A stretch of DNA of 63,308 bases, filler included. It is 4 parts of 4 records of this genome, joined end to end, with 100 filler letters (N's around TTAATTAATTAA, not from the genome) between each part and the next. Parts side by side here need not be neighbours in the genome. Positions count along the whole stretch, not along the records: positions 1 to 21,374 come from SRR31156797_1480; 3 more parts are not named here. One strand, 5' to 3'. The stretch's first letter is position 1. Each line of letters begins with the position of its first letter. Position numbers and translations under genes: made by a program. Shown piece after piece: positions 8,963 through 19,014 of this stretch. Below the pieces are notes generated by a model, which saw only the letters and a program-made list of their open reading frames with translations, was not told the DNA's origin and made no database searches.

Positions 8963-10771
8963 TTATGGCCCGAGAATCACGATCCTTCCCTCACCCCCTT
9001 CAGGGTATAGATGGGCGGTGATGACCCCGCCCAACCCTTGTTCCACATAGTTGGAAAGGGCCTGCTGATAGGGTACGCCCAACTGGGTGGACGGCGCATC
9101 CCCGAAAGGATACTGGTCCCCGCCGCCGGCCAGAAAATCGAGGGTCGCCACATTGAGTGCGGCTCCCGGAAGAACCGTACCGTCCATGACAATGACCGTC
9201 CCGTCACCTAACACCAGATCACGCACGCGATATCCCGGATGCCCCTCGGGGTTGTCCGGATCGCGGGCCTCTTGAGCCAGATCCACCACAACCCCGAAAC
9301 CGGATATCTGGGCAAAACGCCCTGAAGAAGACGCCACGGCAGAGTAGGCGTTTTCCAGAATATCCTTGAACTGATGGCGGGGGATGTGGGGGACCAGGGT
9401 GACAAAACTTGAAAAGGGAGCGATGTCGAAAGTATCTCTTTTTGATATTTCGCCCGGACCCCTGATATCGTTGTTTCGAATGCCGCCCCCGTTTTGAAGC
9501 GCCACATCCGGTGACGGCACGCCGAACGCTTTTGCACTCTTCCGGGCCTGCCATAATATGGCGTCGGCCATGAGGTCCCCCAGATTGGTCTCCTGTTTGC
9601 GGATTCTTGAACGGACCCCGTCCAGTTCCACCTGGGAAAAGCCGATAATCCGTGATGCCAATCCATGGACGGCCTCCCTTACGGGTTCGGTCACCAACTC
9701 CACAACCAGGGGGTCCCTTGCTACCGCATCGGGAGAAACCCCCGATACGCGGTGTGGCCCGCTCCGGGAATCCAGAACCTTTACAAGATTCCCCAGCATA
9801 TCAAAGATGGCCACGAAGCGACCCATGTATCGGTATCCACCGGGACAGGTCACCACCGGAATCCGCCTCCCGGCTGCGTCCATGGCATATTGGGGGTAGG
9901 AGCCCATAACGTCATCTTCATCCCCGGGGATCAGGAGATCATTTGGGTTGGCAAGCAGTTCGCTCCCCCCACCGGAAACCACAACATCGATGCCATGTAG
10001 GGAAGATATCAATTTCAAATCCTCATGAAGGCCTCTTAGATGACTCACCAGGACGATGATGTTCACATGCCGGCTTAACAGTCTGTTCACCTGGGCCTGA
10101 ACGGCCTCGGCAACCGGGTCCACCTTCACATTGCGGGGGCTGGAAAGAAAGGGAAGATCCTTTGTGGTCGCACCGATAATACCGACACTGCGGCCGCCTG
10201 TCACCACGATGGTACTTTTGGCAATACTGCCCGCATCAAGTAGTTCCTGCAGCCCCGGTTCCATTGAAAAATCGAGATTGGCACTCAAAAACAGGGGATT
10301 TGAAAAACTCAGGATAAAATCTCTCAGCACATCCGGGCCGAAATCGAAATCGTGATTTCCCAATGTGATGGCATCGTAGCCGATCAGTTCCATGGCCACG
10401 GCGTCGTAGAAGGGGATGCCATGCTCCAGGCTGGCATTCCATTCGGCGCCTGCAAGGAAATTATCGCCCGTTGACACCATCACCGCGCCCCGGCTCCAAA
10501 AAGGATTGCCATGGTGATTGCGCAATGCTTCCGTTTTGAGTTCATGGGCAAGTGTGCTGAAACGGGCCACCCCACCGAATGACCCGTCGGCCAGAAGGCT
10601 GGATTGGCCGTCATTGTGGTGGAGAAGCGTAAGGGTAAATGCCAACCCGGGCAACTTTCGCTCCGCCGCATCGGCCCCTGAACCCCCTGCAACAAGCAAC
10701 AACACCGACAGGACCAGGCCCGCCATTCTCGCCGGAAAACGCCACCGAAACACCATGCTCACATGAACCAT
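8963..10771 (-). CDS. Exported bifunctional metallophosphatase/5'-nucleotidase
   Basis: Signal peptide; LLHHNDGQS, TGDNF, LGNHDFDFG, NGGGIR and FLAGGGDQY. Confidence 0.9.
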   Translation of the reverse strand: MVHVSMVFRWRFPARMAGLVLSVLLLVAGGSGADAAERKLPGLAFTLTLLHHNDGQSSLLADGSFGGVARFSTLAHELKTEALRNHHGNPFWSRGAVMVSTGDNFLAGAEWNASLEHGIPFYDAVAMELIGYDAITLGNHDFDFGPDVLRDFILSFSNPLFLSANLDFSMEPGLQELLDAGSIAKSTIVVTGGRSVGIIGATTKDLPFLSSPRNVKVDPVAEAVQAQVNRLLSRHVNIIVLVSHLRGLHEDLKLISSLHGIDVVVSGGGSELLANPNDLLIPGDEDDVMGSYPQYAMDAAGRRIPVVTCPGGYRYMGRFVAIFDMLGNLVKVLDSRSGPHRVSGVSPDAVARDPLVVELVTEPVREAVHGLASRIIGFSQVELDGVRSRIRKQETNLGDLMADAILWQARKSAKAFGVPSPDVALQNGGGIRNNDIRGPGEISKRDTFDIAPFSSFVTLVPHIPRHQFKDILENAYSAVASSSGRFAQISGFGVVVDLAQEARDPDNPEGHPGYRVRDLVLGDGTVIVMDGTVLPGAALNVATLDFLAGGGDQYPFGDAPSTQLGVPYQQALSNYVEQGLGGVITAHLYPEGGEGRIVILGP

Positions 10772-10807
10772 ACGCCGCTCCTTTTTTTAAAATGGATTTG
10801 GTTAATC

Positions 10808-12382
10808 CTATGCCGCAGCCGCCTGAATTTTTTCAATGTCGAGGATAAGGGAAATATCGCCGTTTTCCATAATGCCCACGCCGGCAAAAAGCCCTGTCTT
10901 GGCCAGCAATTCTCCCAAGGGGATGGCCATGAGCGGCATATTACCGAGAATCGCGTCCGCCGCAATGCTCAAACCGCCATCTTGGGACGATGGCATGTTG
11001 GAAACGGCGGACTGCCGCAGTTTTATGATATGGCCTTTAACGTTGATTTCAGGATCTATGCGCAAAAGATTTCTGAGATCACAGAACTGCGAGACTTTTC
11101 GGGGGTCGTCAGGATCCTCATTTTCAATGGCATGAACATGGGATGTGGGAATGGCCAGGATATATTTCCCAAGCCTGAACAAAACCGCGTAGATAATAGA
11201 AAGAGAAAGGGGGAGGCCTATGATAAACCGGGTTCCCATTGAAGGCTCGGAATGGATCTTCATGGTGCCGCCCAGATATTCGATGGCCTGGGCAATGACA
11301 TTCATACCGATCCCTCTACCCGCCAGCTGGGTGGTCTCTCCGGCGGAAGAAAAATCCGGCCGGCAGATAATGTTCAGGAGCTTCTCGTTTGAAAACGCGC
11401 TCATCTCCTCACGGCCCATGCCCATCTTTTCTTCAAGGTACGCACCGATGGCCTCACGGTCCAGGCCCCGGCCGTCGTCACTAACCGTCAGTATTAGTTG
11501 ATCCCCGCGCCGTTCGGCTCTCAGAACGATTTTCCCTGTCGCGGCTTTGCCGGCCTTTTCCCGTTCATGGGACGGCTCGATACCATGGGCAACGGCATTC
11601 CGCAACAGGTGCATAAACGGCTCTCTCAATCGATCCAACAAGCCGATATCCACTTCAATTTCGCCCCCCTCAATTTCAAGCTTAACATCCCGGTTATGGG
11701 ATTTCGCCAGATCGCGTACGGTCTTTACAAACAGATCTCCAAAATCCTGAACCGGCATGAGCCTGAGCTGGGCCAGCTGGAAATAGAGGCCTTTGAGCAT
11801 GGAAATATAATGATTGATCCAGCTTCCGAGACCCGCGGACATCTGAGCCTGCGTCAAGGGCGGGAGTGTCTTTTCAAGCAGCATGATTTCCTGGGAGCGG
11901 GCCAGAAGCGATTCAATCAAGCCATAATCCACCCGTATGCGATCTATTTTGGCGGGGGCGACAGTTTGCCGTATTTCCGGCTCGGCCCGATCCACCAATG
12001 ACTCAGGATCTTTTGCCAGATCTTCCGTTATGGACCGCAAACTTTCCAGTTCCAGGGGCCCGCTGATCTCGCCCTTGCCCGCCACAAAAGATTTCAGCAG
12101 TTCCGTGCCGTCAAAAAACAATTGAACAACCCGCTCATTGGGGATTTTGGCACCCTCCTGAAACCACTTGCACCACGTCTCCATGGCATGGCAAAAGGTG
12201 GCCAGATCCATCATGCTGAGGGCTCTGGCCATCCCCTTCACGGAATGAATTTTCCCGTGAATCTCACCCCACAACTGTTGGTCAGATAGGTCTTTTTCCA
12301 CCCTGAGCAAGACAGCATCCAACTCATCAAGATATTTGCTCGATTCCTGGATGAAAATTTTCCAGTATTTTTCAAGCTCCAT
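10808..12382 (-). CDS. cheA: CheA-type chemotaxis histidine kinase (Hpt, dimerisation, HATPase, CheW)
   Basis: IHSVKGMA Hpt motif, HLLRNAVAHGIE, DDGRG, GRGIGM and a C-terminal CheW-like domain. Confidence 0.92.
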   Translation of the reverse strand: MELEKYWKIFIQESSKYLDELDAVLLRVEKDLSDQQLWGEIHGKIHSVKGMARALSMMDLATFCHAMETWCKWFQEGAKIPNERVVQLFFDGTELLKSFVAGKGEISGPLELESLRSITEDLAKDPESLVDRAEPEIRQTVAPAKIDRIRVDYGLIESLLARSQEIMLLEKTLPPLTQAQMSAGLGSWINHYISMLKGLYFQLAQLRLMPVQDFGDLFVKTVRDLAKSHNRDVKLEIEGGEIEVDIGLLDRLREPFMHLLRNAVAHGIEPSHEREKAGKAATGKIVLRAERRGDQLILTVSDDGRGLDREAIGAYLEEKMGMGREEMSAFSNEKLLNIICRPDFSSAGETTQLAGRGIGMNVIAQAIEYLGGTMKIHSEPSMGTRFIIGLPLSLSIIYAVLFRLGKYILAIPTSHVHAIENEDPDDPRKVSQFCDLRNLLRIDPEINVKGHIIKLRQSAVSNMPSSQDGGLSIAADAILGNMPLMAIPLGELLAKTGLFAGVGIMENGDISLILDIEKIQAAAA

Positions 12383-12767
12383 AGCCCAATCCTGCCAGCT
12401 TCTTCCAGATCTTATGGGGCGTCATCACCTTCACCGTATCTCCTTTTTCATTAAAGACGGCCCCGGTTCCCCCATTGTCCTCAATCCACTTCATGCCCAC
12501 GATCCTGTCCGGGATCAAACCCATCTTTCCGGCATTCCACTTCAGGAGAATAATATAGGGATCATCATGCAACGCTGAGACTTCCTTTTCCATGAGGCGA
12601 CCCATATCAACCACATCAAACAGATCACCCCTGTAGTATATGAGACCTTCATAACAAGCCGGCATGAGCGGCACGGGTACGATGACTGCGTTGTCGGCGA
12701 TGCGGTATATGTATTGGGCCTCAATGCCATAATAATGCCCGGCCGCCTCGAAAATAAAGATATCCAT
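12372..12767 (-). CDS. cheW: CheW adaptor
   Basis: VPVPLMP..YEGLIYYRG..VVD pattern; lies between the MCP and cheA. Confidence 0.85.
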   Translation of the reverse strand: MDIFIFEAAGHYYGIEAQYIYRIADNAVIVPVPLMPACYEGLIYYRGDLFDVVDMGRLMEKEVSALHDDPYIILLKWNAGKMGLIPDRIVGMKWIEDNGGTGAVFNEKGDTVKVMTPHKIWKKLAGLGYGA

Positions 12768-12776
12768 GCCCTAGCC

Positions 12777-14036
12777 CTAATCCCCACGGAGTCTGAATCG
12801 CCGCTGAGATGCCATCATCCTCTCTGAAAGCGCATTTAGAGACTGCATCAACTCCACAATCTTCTGCATCCCTTCTTTCTGGTTTTTGGTCCCCACGGTG
12901 GTCTTCTGGGTGGACACGAAATTTGCCTGGGCCAATCGCGAAAGGGCCTCAAAATGATTGAGCAGCCCCCGTATTTCTTTCACCTGCTTGAGCGTTACCC
13001 TCTCCACCGCTTGCACCTCGGAGGAAATTTCCGTGACACCCGATACCATTTCCTTGAAGGTGCCGACCATATCCGTAATAATGCCACGCCCTTTTCCCAC
13101 GTCTTCTTCACTTTTCCGAAGTGCATGGATCACCGCTTTGTTGTCTTGAAATATGTCATCCACGATCCGCCTGATCTCCTGGGAGGATTGTTTGGAATTT
13201 TCCGCCATACTCCGGATCTCATTGGCCACCAATGCAAATCCTTTCCCCATTTCACCGGCCCGGGTAGCCTCAATGGAGGCGTTCAGGGAAAGCAGTTCCG
13301 TTTTCTGGGCCACCTCGTCCATGACATGCATCACCATCCGGATCTTATCCACTTTGTTGCTCAACCGATAAATGGGTTTCGTGTTTTCCACGATCTGCCT
13401 GAGAACATTTTCAAGATATCCAAGGGTTTCCCGGGCCTTGGTTTCGCCACTTCCCGTTTTAACCAAAGCGTCATTGATTTTGGAAACCGTCCGGGCCGAC
13501 TGCCGGCCCGCCGCATCCATCTGATCCAGGCTGTTGTTGATAATCAGGGATGTCTTCTGAACAATCATGGTCTGTTGCTCCGACCCTTTGGCGATGGCCA
13601 TGGCCGATTCGTCGATTTCCTCACTGCTGGCCAGAACCTTTTCCGAAAGGCTGCTGAGGGCTCTGTTGGTTTCCGCCATTCGACCCGCAACGTTCTTGAT
13701 ATCCGAAATCATCTCTCTGAGATCCTTCACCATGGAAGCGAATACTTCTTCCAGGTCACGGATTTCGTCTTGACTCAACAACGGGATATCCTTTGAAAGA
13801 TCCCCGTGGCTGATCTCCCTTGCCACGGCGCTCAGGCTGTTCAACCGACGAACAATGGATTTTGAAAAATAGCCGCCGAAAACGGCGCCGGCTGCCAGGG
13901 CCAGTGCCACGGAAATGGCCTGCGCCGTATAGAAATCACTGGTCAACCGGTTAATGACGGCGATGACCATCATCAGCAGCAGGAGCAAAACAAGGAAGCT
14001 GAGGATAAGCTTATTTCTGATGCTTGTTCGACTCAT
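12777..14036 (-). CDS. Methyl-accepting chemotaxis protein with two closely spaced TM helices and HAMP
   Basis: Start MSRTSIRNK at 14036; signalling hairpin TELLSLNASIEATRAGEMGKGFALVANEIRSMAE. Confidence 0.92.
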   Translation of the reverse strand: MSRTSIRNKLILSFLVLLLLLMMVIAVINRLTSDFYTAQAISVALALAAGAVFGGYFSKSIVRRLNSLSAVAREISHGDLSKDIPLLSQDEIRDLEEVFASMVKDLREMISDIKNVAGRMAETNRALSSLSEKVLASSEEIDESAMAIAKGSEQQTMIVQKTSLIINNSLDQMDAAGRQSARTVSKINDALVKTGSGETKARETLGYLENVLRQIVENTKPIYRLSNKVDKIRMVMHVMDEVAQKTELLSLNASIEATRAGEMGKGFALVANEIRSMAENSKQSSQEIRRIVDDIFQDNKAVIHALRKSEEDVGKGRGIITDMVGTFKEMVSGVTEISSEVQAVERVTLKQVKEIRGLLNHFEALSRLAQANFVSTQKTTVGTKNQKEGMQKIVELMQSLNALSERMMASQRRFRLRGD

Positions 14037-14824
14037 AAATTTATATCCTCCATTGTCAGGACCCATCCATCCAGATCGTTGCCCATTCTGAGAATTGACG
14101 CCACCAGTTTTAACTCCCTGGATCCACACCTCAGGCGAAGGCTCCGTCGCCTCAAATGAAGATTTTTGGCCACCTCCTTTAAGGCGTTCACCAGCCGGCC
14201 CCGCCCTTCCTGGGGAAAAGCGGCGGTAATCCTGAGATTCAACAAATCTTCAAGGGGCTTGTTGAGGATTTCAAGGGCCATGGTATTGGCGCTCATGACC
14301 CTTGCATCCCGATCCACCACCAGGATACCGATACCGACACTGTCAAAAACCGCCTTCTGAAACTTCATTTCCTCAACCAGTTCAGAGGTGGCCTGACGGG
14401 GATACAGCTTTCCGGACTCAACCAACTGTTCATGCCCCGATCCGAGGGCACGGTGAACCTTAAGGTCGTCCAGAAGATCGTTAACCGTTATGGTCATCTC
14501 CGCCAGGGGTCCTTTAACAACACAGTAATCCGAACCGATATTTTTGACATCATCCATCTGCTCAATAAGGGTTCCGGAAACCGCAATAATTGCCGGTCGA
14601 CCCTCTGGAAATTTTCGGCGCGCAAACTTGATGAGCTGTAATCCATCTATTTTGGGCATGATGAGATCGGCAAAAAGGATATCAAAAGCCGTTTCTTCAA
14701 GCTTTGAAATTCCTTCTTTTCCATCATAGGCCTTGACCACATCATACCCCTTATTTTCAAGTAGTTCCGTCAAGAATTCCACAAAGAAAAAGTCGTTATC
14801 AACAACCAAGGCCTTCTTTCCCAT
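14033..14824 (-). CDS. Receiver + PAS domain protein
   Basis: ALVVDND and FADLIMPKIDG; PAS-like VFDSVGIGILVVDRDARVMSAN. ATG 14824 has a GGAGG RBS. Confidence 0.85.
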   Translation of the reverse strand: MGKKALVVDNDFFFVEFLTELLENKGYDVVKAYDGKEGISKLEETAFDILFADLIMPKIDGLQLIKFARRKFPEGRPAIIAVSGTLIEQMDDVKNIGSDYCVVKGPLAEMTITVNDLLDDLKVHRALGSGHEQLVESGKLYPRQATSELVEEMKFQKAVFDSVGIGILVVDRDARVMSANTMALEILNKPLEDLLNLRITAAFPQEGRGRLVNALKEVAKNLHLRRRSLRLRCGSRELKLVASILRMGNDLDGWVLTMEDINL

Positions 14825-14852
14825 GGTCAACACCTCCCGACGTACTGAATCA

Positions 14853-17024
14853 TCAATCAATACAAACCCTTCTCACCTCACCCATATCCGTCAATCCTGA
14901 AAAGGCTTTCACGATGCCGTCCTGTTTCAAGGTTGTCATTCCCTGGCGCGCGCTTGTTTTGAAAAGTTCCTCCGATGTGGCCTTCTTTTTGATAAGCAGC
15001 TTCATTTCCAGTGTCCCCTCCAGCAGTTCATGTATGCCCATGCGCCCTTTATAACCGGTCCCGGAGCAGGCATCGCATTTCCAGGGGCGGTACAGCTTCA
15101 AATCGGGCGTATAATGGATGTGGGTCCGCTTAAATGCTTCAATGCCGTATTCAGAGGCGATCTCCTCAAATTCCTCTCTGGATGGATGGAACGGTTTCTT
15201 GCATTTCGGACACAGCCTTCGAATCAGGCGCTGGGCAAGGACACCCAGCAGGGAATCGGAAAAATTGAGGGGGTTCAAGCCCATATCCAGGAGTCGGGTG
15301 ATGGTTTCAGGGGCGCTGTTGGTATGCAGCGTTGAAAACACCAGATGGCCGGTGAGGGATGCCTCAATCCCGATGGACGCTGTTTCAAAATCCCGCATCT
15401 CCCCGATCATGATCACATCCGGGTCGGCCCTTAGAAAAGACCGCATGATCTTCGCAAAATCGAGACCGATTTTGGGTTTTGCCTCCACCTGCCTGAGCCC
15501 TGTCTGGGTAATCTCCACCGGATCTTCAGCCGTCCAGATTTTAATGCCGGGATTGTTGATGCGGCCCAGAGCGGAATGGAGCGTCGTGGTTTTACCGGAA
15601 CCCGTTGGTCCCACCACCAAAATCATACCGTAGGGTTGATAGAGAATCCGCTCCATGATTTTCATGTTCCGATCGTTCAACCCCATGTCGGAAAAAGCCA
15701 TGGCGCCGGCCCGGGCCAGCACTCGCAAAACCGCATCTTCACGGCCGCCCGCAGTGGGAATGGTGGCGATGCGGAGTTCAAAGGGCGGGATCCCCTTACG
15801 CCTGAATTTCAATTTTCCGTCCTGGGGCAGACGCCTTTCGGCAATATCGAGACCCGCCATGATTTTCAGCCGGGAGAGGATTCCCCGGGCCATATACTCA
15901 GGCACCTGTGCATATTCCTGGCAAACACCGTCCATTCGAAATCGAACACCGGTTTTCCGGGTCTCGGGCGACGGCTCGATATGAATATCCGACGCATTGT
16001 TCCGGTAGGCATTGATGATAATCTGATCCACCAACCGAACCACCTGGCTCGATTCTTCATCCAGGAGCGCATCTCCCTCCTCCAGCTCATCGTCTTCCTC
16101 CTCTTCGAAATCGATGTCAGGGATCATATCCAGTTCGGAAATCATGTCGTCCGCGGAGGATTCGGCTTTTTTGTCAAAGAAATGACGGACGTATTTTTCA
16201 ATGTCCTCCCTGATCCCCACGGAAAAAGTAATCCGGGTGGTTTTGGTCAACCCCCTGATCTGACCCGTTTTTCTCAGGTCCCCCGGGTCATCGATAAGGA
16301 TCTCCACCCCGTTTTTCCCCCAACTCATGGGGACCCACGAATCGTGGAGCAAAAACGCTTTTTTCAAATTTCCGATGAGTTCCACGGGAACTTCGGTGTC
16401 GGGATCAAAAGATCGAAAAGGGCACCGGTAGTACAGGGAGAGGGACTTCCCAACCTCCTGTTTGGGAAGCTTGAATTTCTCCATCAATAAGTGTTCAACA
16501 CTCTGGTGTTTTTTTTTGGAAAGCGTCAGTGCCGTTCGAAGCTGTTCGGAAGTGATCAGTTTTTTTCGAAGAAGATAATCATACCTGGAACCCGAATACA
16601 GTTTTGCAACAGTCTGGGTTATCTTCTGTTTGATTTTTTCGTTTTTCGGGTCCGCTTCCGAAGCGGCTTTGTACAGATCGAGGGCAAGATCCTCATACCC
16701 CCGGCTTTCATTCTCCAGCCCCAGAACAAACTTGATCTGGGCAATCCGCAAATCGTCCAGCCGTAATCCATGTGACATCCCATCAATTTTCCGGATGATT
16801 TTTGTCGGCGAATGGTTCTTTAAAAGACAGGCCACCATGCCCGGAATGATTTTTGAGGGCGGACAATCGGTCTTCAAAAGGGTTTCATACTCAACCACCG
16901 CCTTGTCCAGCAAACCCAATTCCTGCAGTGAGACGGCCCGCTGTAGAATTTCTTCAAAACCGTTGATCATTTTTGCGTTGTTTCCGGCAGCAATCTCGAC
17001 TGTTCTCCTTTTCAAATTATCCAT
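14853..17024 (-). CDS. GspE/PilB-family secretion/pilus ATPase with TPR-like N-terminus
   Basis: ASDIHIEP, DIAERRLPQDG, Walker A GPTGSGKTTT, EDPVE, LRADPDVIMIGEMRD, TGHLVFSTLHTN and CPKC...CDAC. Confidence 0.93.
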   Translation of the reverse strand: MDNLKRRTVEIAAGNNAKMINGFEEILQRAVSLQELGLLDKAVVEYETLLKTDCPPSKIIPGMVACLLKNHSPTKIIRKIDGMSHGLRLDDLRIAQIKFVLGLENESRGYEDLALDLYKAASEADPKNEKIKQKITQTVAKLYSGSRYDYLLRKKLITSEQLRTALTLSKKKHQSVEHLLMEKFKLPKQEVGKSLSLYYRCPFRSFDPDTEVPVELIGNLKKAFLLHDSWVPMSWGKNGVEILIDDPGDLRKTGQIRGLTKTTRITFSVGIREDIEKYVRHFFDKKAESSADDMISELDMIPDIDFEEEEDDELEEGDALLDEESSQVVRLVDQIIINAYRNNASDIHIEPSPETRKTGVRFRMDGVCQEYAQVPEYMARGILSRLKIMAGLDIAERRLPQDGKLKFRRKGIPPFELRIATIPTAGGREDAVLRVLARAGAMAFSDMGLNDRNMKIMERILYQPYGMILVVGPTGSGKTTTLHSALGRINNPGIKIWTAEDPVEITQTGLRQVEAKPKIGLDFAKIMRSFLRADPDVIMIGEMRDFETASIGIEASLTGHLVFSTLHTNSAPETITRLLDMGLNPLNFSDSLLGVLAQRLIRRLCPKCKKPFHPSREEFEEIASEYGIEAFKRTHIHYTPDLKLYRPWKCDACSGTGYKGRMGIHELLEGTLEMKLLIKKKATSEELFKTSARQGMTTLKQDGIVKAFSGLTDMGEVRRVCID

Positions 17025-17027
17025 AGA

Positions 17028-17642
17028 TTACCCATTGATCAGCTTAACCATGACGGAATCAGGGAAATAATCAACGATATTCAAACACCCATAATCCTGT
17101 TGCAGGTTGAATATTCGCGACAAATCAAGCCCCAGTGCATGTGACAGGATAACCCGATTAACCCCGCCATGGGCCACGATGACAATATCTTTCCCGGCTT
17201 CTTCAGCACATATCCTATCAAAAACCGGCATGATTCTATCCGACAATCGGAAAATCGATTCACCGCCTCCGGGACACGCGTAATGGGAAGGATCTTTTTG
17301 CCGTTTTTCAAGTTCCTCCGGATAATTTTGGATGATTTCCCCCAGACTGCATCCCTCCCAGTCGCCGAAATACATCTCTCGAAGCTCCGGCAGAAAATGA
17401 ACCGGCACATTATGATAACGGGCGATCTGGCGAGCCCCGGTCACGGCCCGTTTAAGATCGCTTGCAAAGATGGCACCGGGCTCCACCAGACGAAGACGTT
17501 CAGCCATCTTTTCCAGCTGAAGCACACCGGTCTCCGTCAAATCCACGTCCGTATGGCCACATATGGGGATCTTTTCATGGCCCTTTACCTGGCCATGCCT
17601 GACCAGGTAGATTCTATTTATTCTTTCCATATTACGAATCAT
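17028..17642 (-). CDS. Histidine phosphatase family (alpha-ribazole phosphatase CobC-like)
   Basis: LVRHG, SDLKRA, LREMYFGDWEG and VAHGGVNR. Confidence 0.85.
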   Translation of the reverse strand: MIRNMERINRIYLVRHGQVKGHEKIPICGHTDVDLTETGVLQLEKMAERLRLVEPGAIFASDLKRAVTGARQIARYHNVPVHFLPELREMYFGDWEGCSLGEIIQNYPEELEKRQKDPSHYACPGGGESIFRLSDRIMPVFDRICAEEAGKDIVIVAHGGVNRVILSHALGLDLSRIFNLQQDYGCLNIVDYFPDSVMVKLING

Positions 17643-17874
17643 AGGATTTCACATTTATCATGTCAATGAATTACAGATAACCTTTCACAGAGTGCAGGGG
17701 ACAGTTGTCAGGGAGCAGGAGGAAATTTGAAGCATATTTTTCCGGATTCTGGCAACTGCACCCTTATTTTTAATATCGGGGTTTATTCATACAATCGAAT
17801 AGTGTATATTGCCAACGCTTGGGAAGGCCCGATTAAATATTCATCGGGAGAAATTTTAGTAAGGCAAGAATATC

Positions 17875-18129
17875 ATGGTTCACACCCGCAAAGACTGCTT
17901 CGGAATCCTGGATAATGTCTTTCCCATGGGAAATGAAGGGCTCAGGGAGATCGTACCTGAATGCTTCAAATGTCCCGATCGGAAGGAATGCCTGCAGGAT
18001 GCACTTAAAACGGAACAGGGATTTCAACTGAGGAGTGAGGCACTGGATCGATCATCTTCAGGGGGGCTAATGGGCCGCCTGAAACGCTGGTCCCATAAAA
18101 AAGCGCTTTCAAGGGGAGAGAGAAAGTGA
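17875..18129 (+). CDS. Small Cys-containing hypothetical protein
   Basis: 84 aa with CFG...CxxCxxxxxC; its stop overlaps the next start (GTGA). Confidence 0.65.
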   Translation: MVHTRKDCFGILDNVFPMGNEGLREIVPECFKCPDRKECLQDALKTEQGFQLRSEALDRSSSGGLMGRLKRWSHKKALSRGERK

Positions 18130-18941
18130 GCGTTCTACTGACCTGTCCTTACTGCAGCTTTTCAAAAAAACTCTCCGAGAAAAAAATCCCCCCCGCCGCG
18201 AAAATGGCCGTCTGCCCCCGCTGTCATGAGAAATTCCCCATTTCACACCGGGAAAAACCCGTCCATACGCCACGGGAAAAATCGCCGGGAATGCTCGAAG
18301 CAGGCACTTTAAAACCGCCACCCCATGCCGAAACGGATGGCCACCCCCGGGAGAAAAGAAGCGACCCGGGGTTCTTAAACGGCTTTTTTTTGACCTTTAA
18401 AGCAGCGCTTTTCGAACCCCGTGTTTTGTTCAAATACCGGGGCTGTGGGGAAGGGCTCAAAGAGCCTCTCGCCTTCGGTCTCTTGACCGGCGGTTTAGGG
18501 GATATGCTGGCTTTTTTCTGGCCCGCCCTCTTGTTTTCATTGGGGATTGTACCTTTCAGCGATCCTGTTTTCGGACATTTAAACGGCACCTGGATATTTC
18601 TCACCCTCATGGTGGGAATCCCCATGGCGGTGGTCTTGAATATGATTTTCTACAGCGGCATCCTCCATTTGATGCTGCTGATTGTAAGAGGCGGAAAAGA
18701 GGGTTATAAATCCACTTTCAGAGTGGTCGCCTATTCCCAGGCGGCGCTGGCATGGAATATCATACCCTTTATGGGCGCCTGGATCGCAACCGTATGGAAA
18801 CTGGTCATTCAGGTTATCGGGCTCCGCGAAATCCACAACATCTCCTATGCCAGGGTCATTATGGCGTTTTTATTGCCGGTTTTCATTTTATTGGTTTTGA
18901 TCATTTTCGCCCTTGGCTCCCTGCTGGCGCTTCTGTTTTGA
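18126..18941 (+). CDS. Zinc-ribbon + YIP1-family membrane protein
   Basis: CPYC...CPRC at the N-terminus; TFRVVAYS and several hydrophobic helices. Confidence 0.8.
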   Translation: MSVLLTCPYCSFSKKLSEKKIPPAAKMAVCPRCHEKFPISHREKPVHTPREKSPGMLEAGTLKPPPHAETDGHPREKRSDPGFLNGFFLTFKAALFEPRVLFKYRGCGEGLKEPLAFGLLTGGLGDMLAFFWPALLFSLGIVPFSDPVFGHLNGTWIFLTLMVGIPMAVVLNMIFYSGILHLMLLIVRGGKEGYKSTFRVVAYSQAALAWNIIPFMGAWIATVWKLVIQVIGLREIHNISYARVIMAFLLPVFILLVLIIFALGSLLALLF

Positions 18942-19014
18942 AATCTCCGCCATGAAAAAACAATGCCCTGATCAACACCATAATCCATCCACCACCACGT
19001 AAAGGATATGCGTT

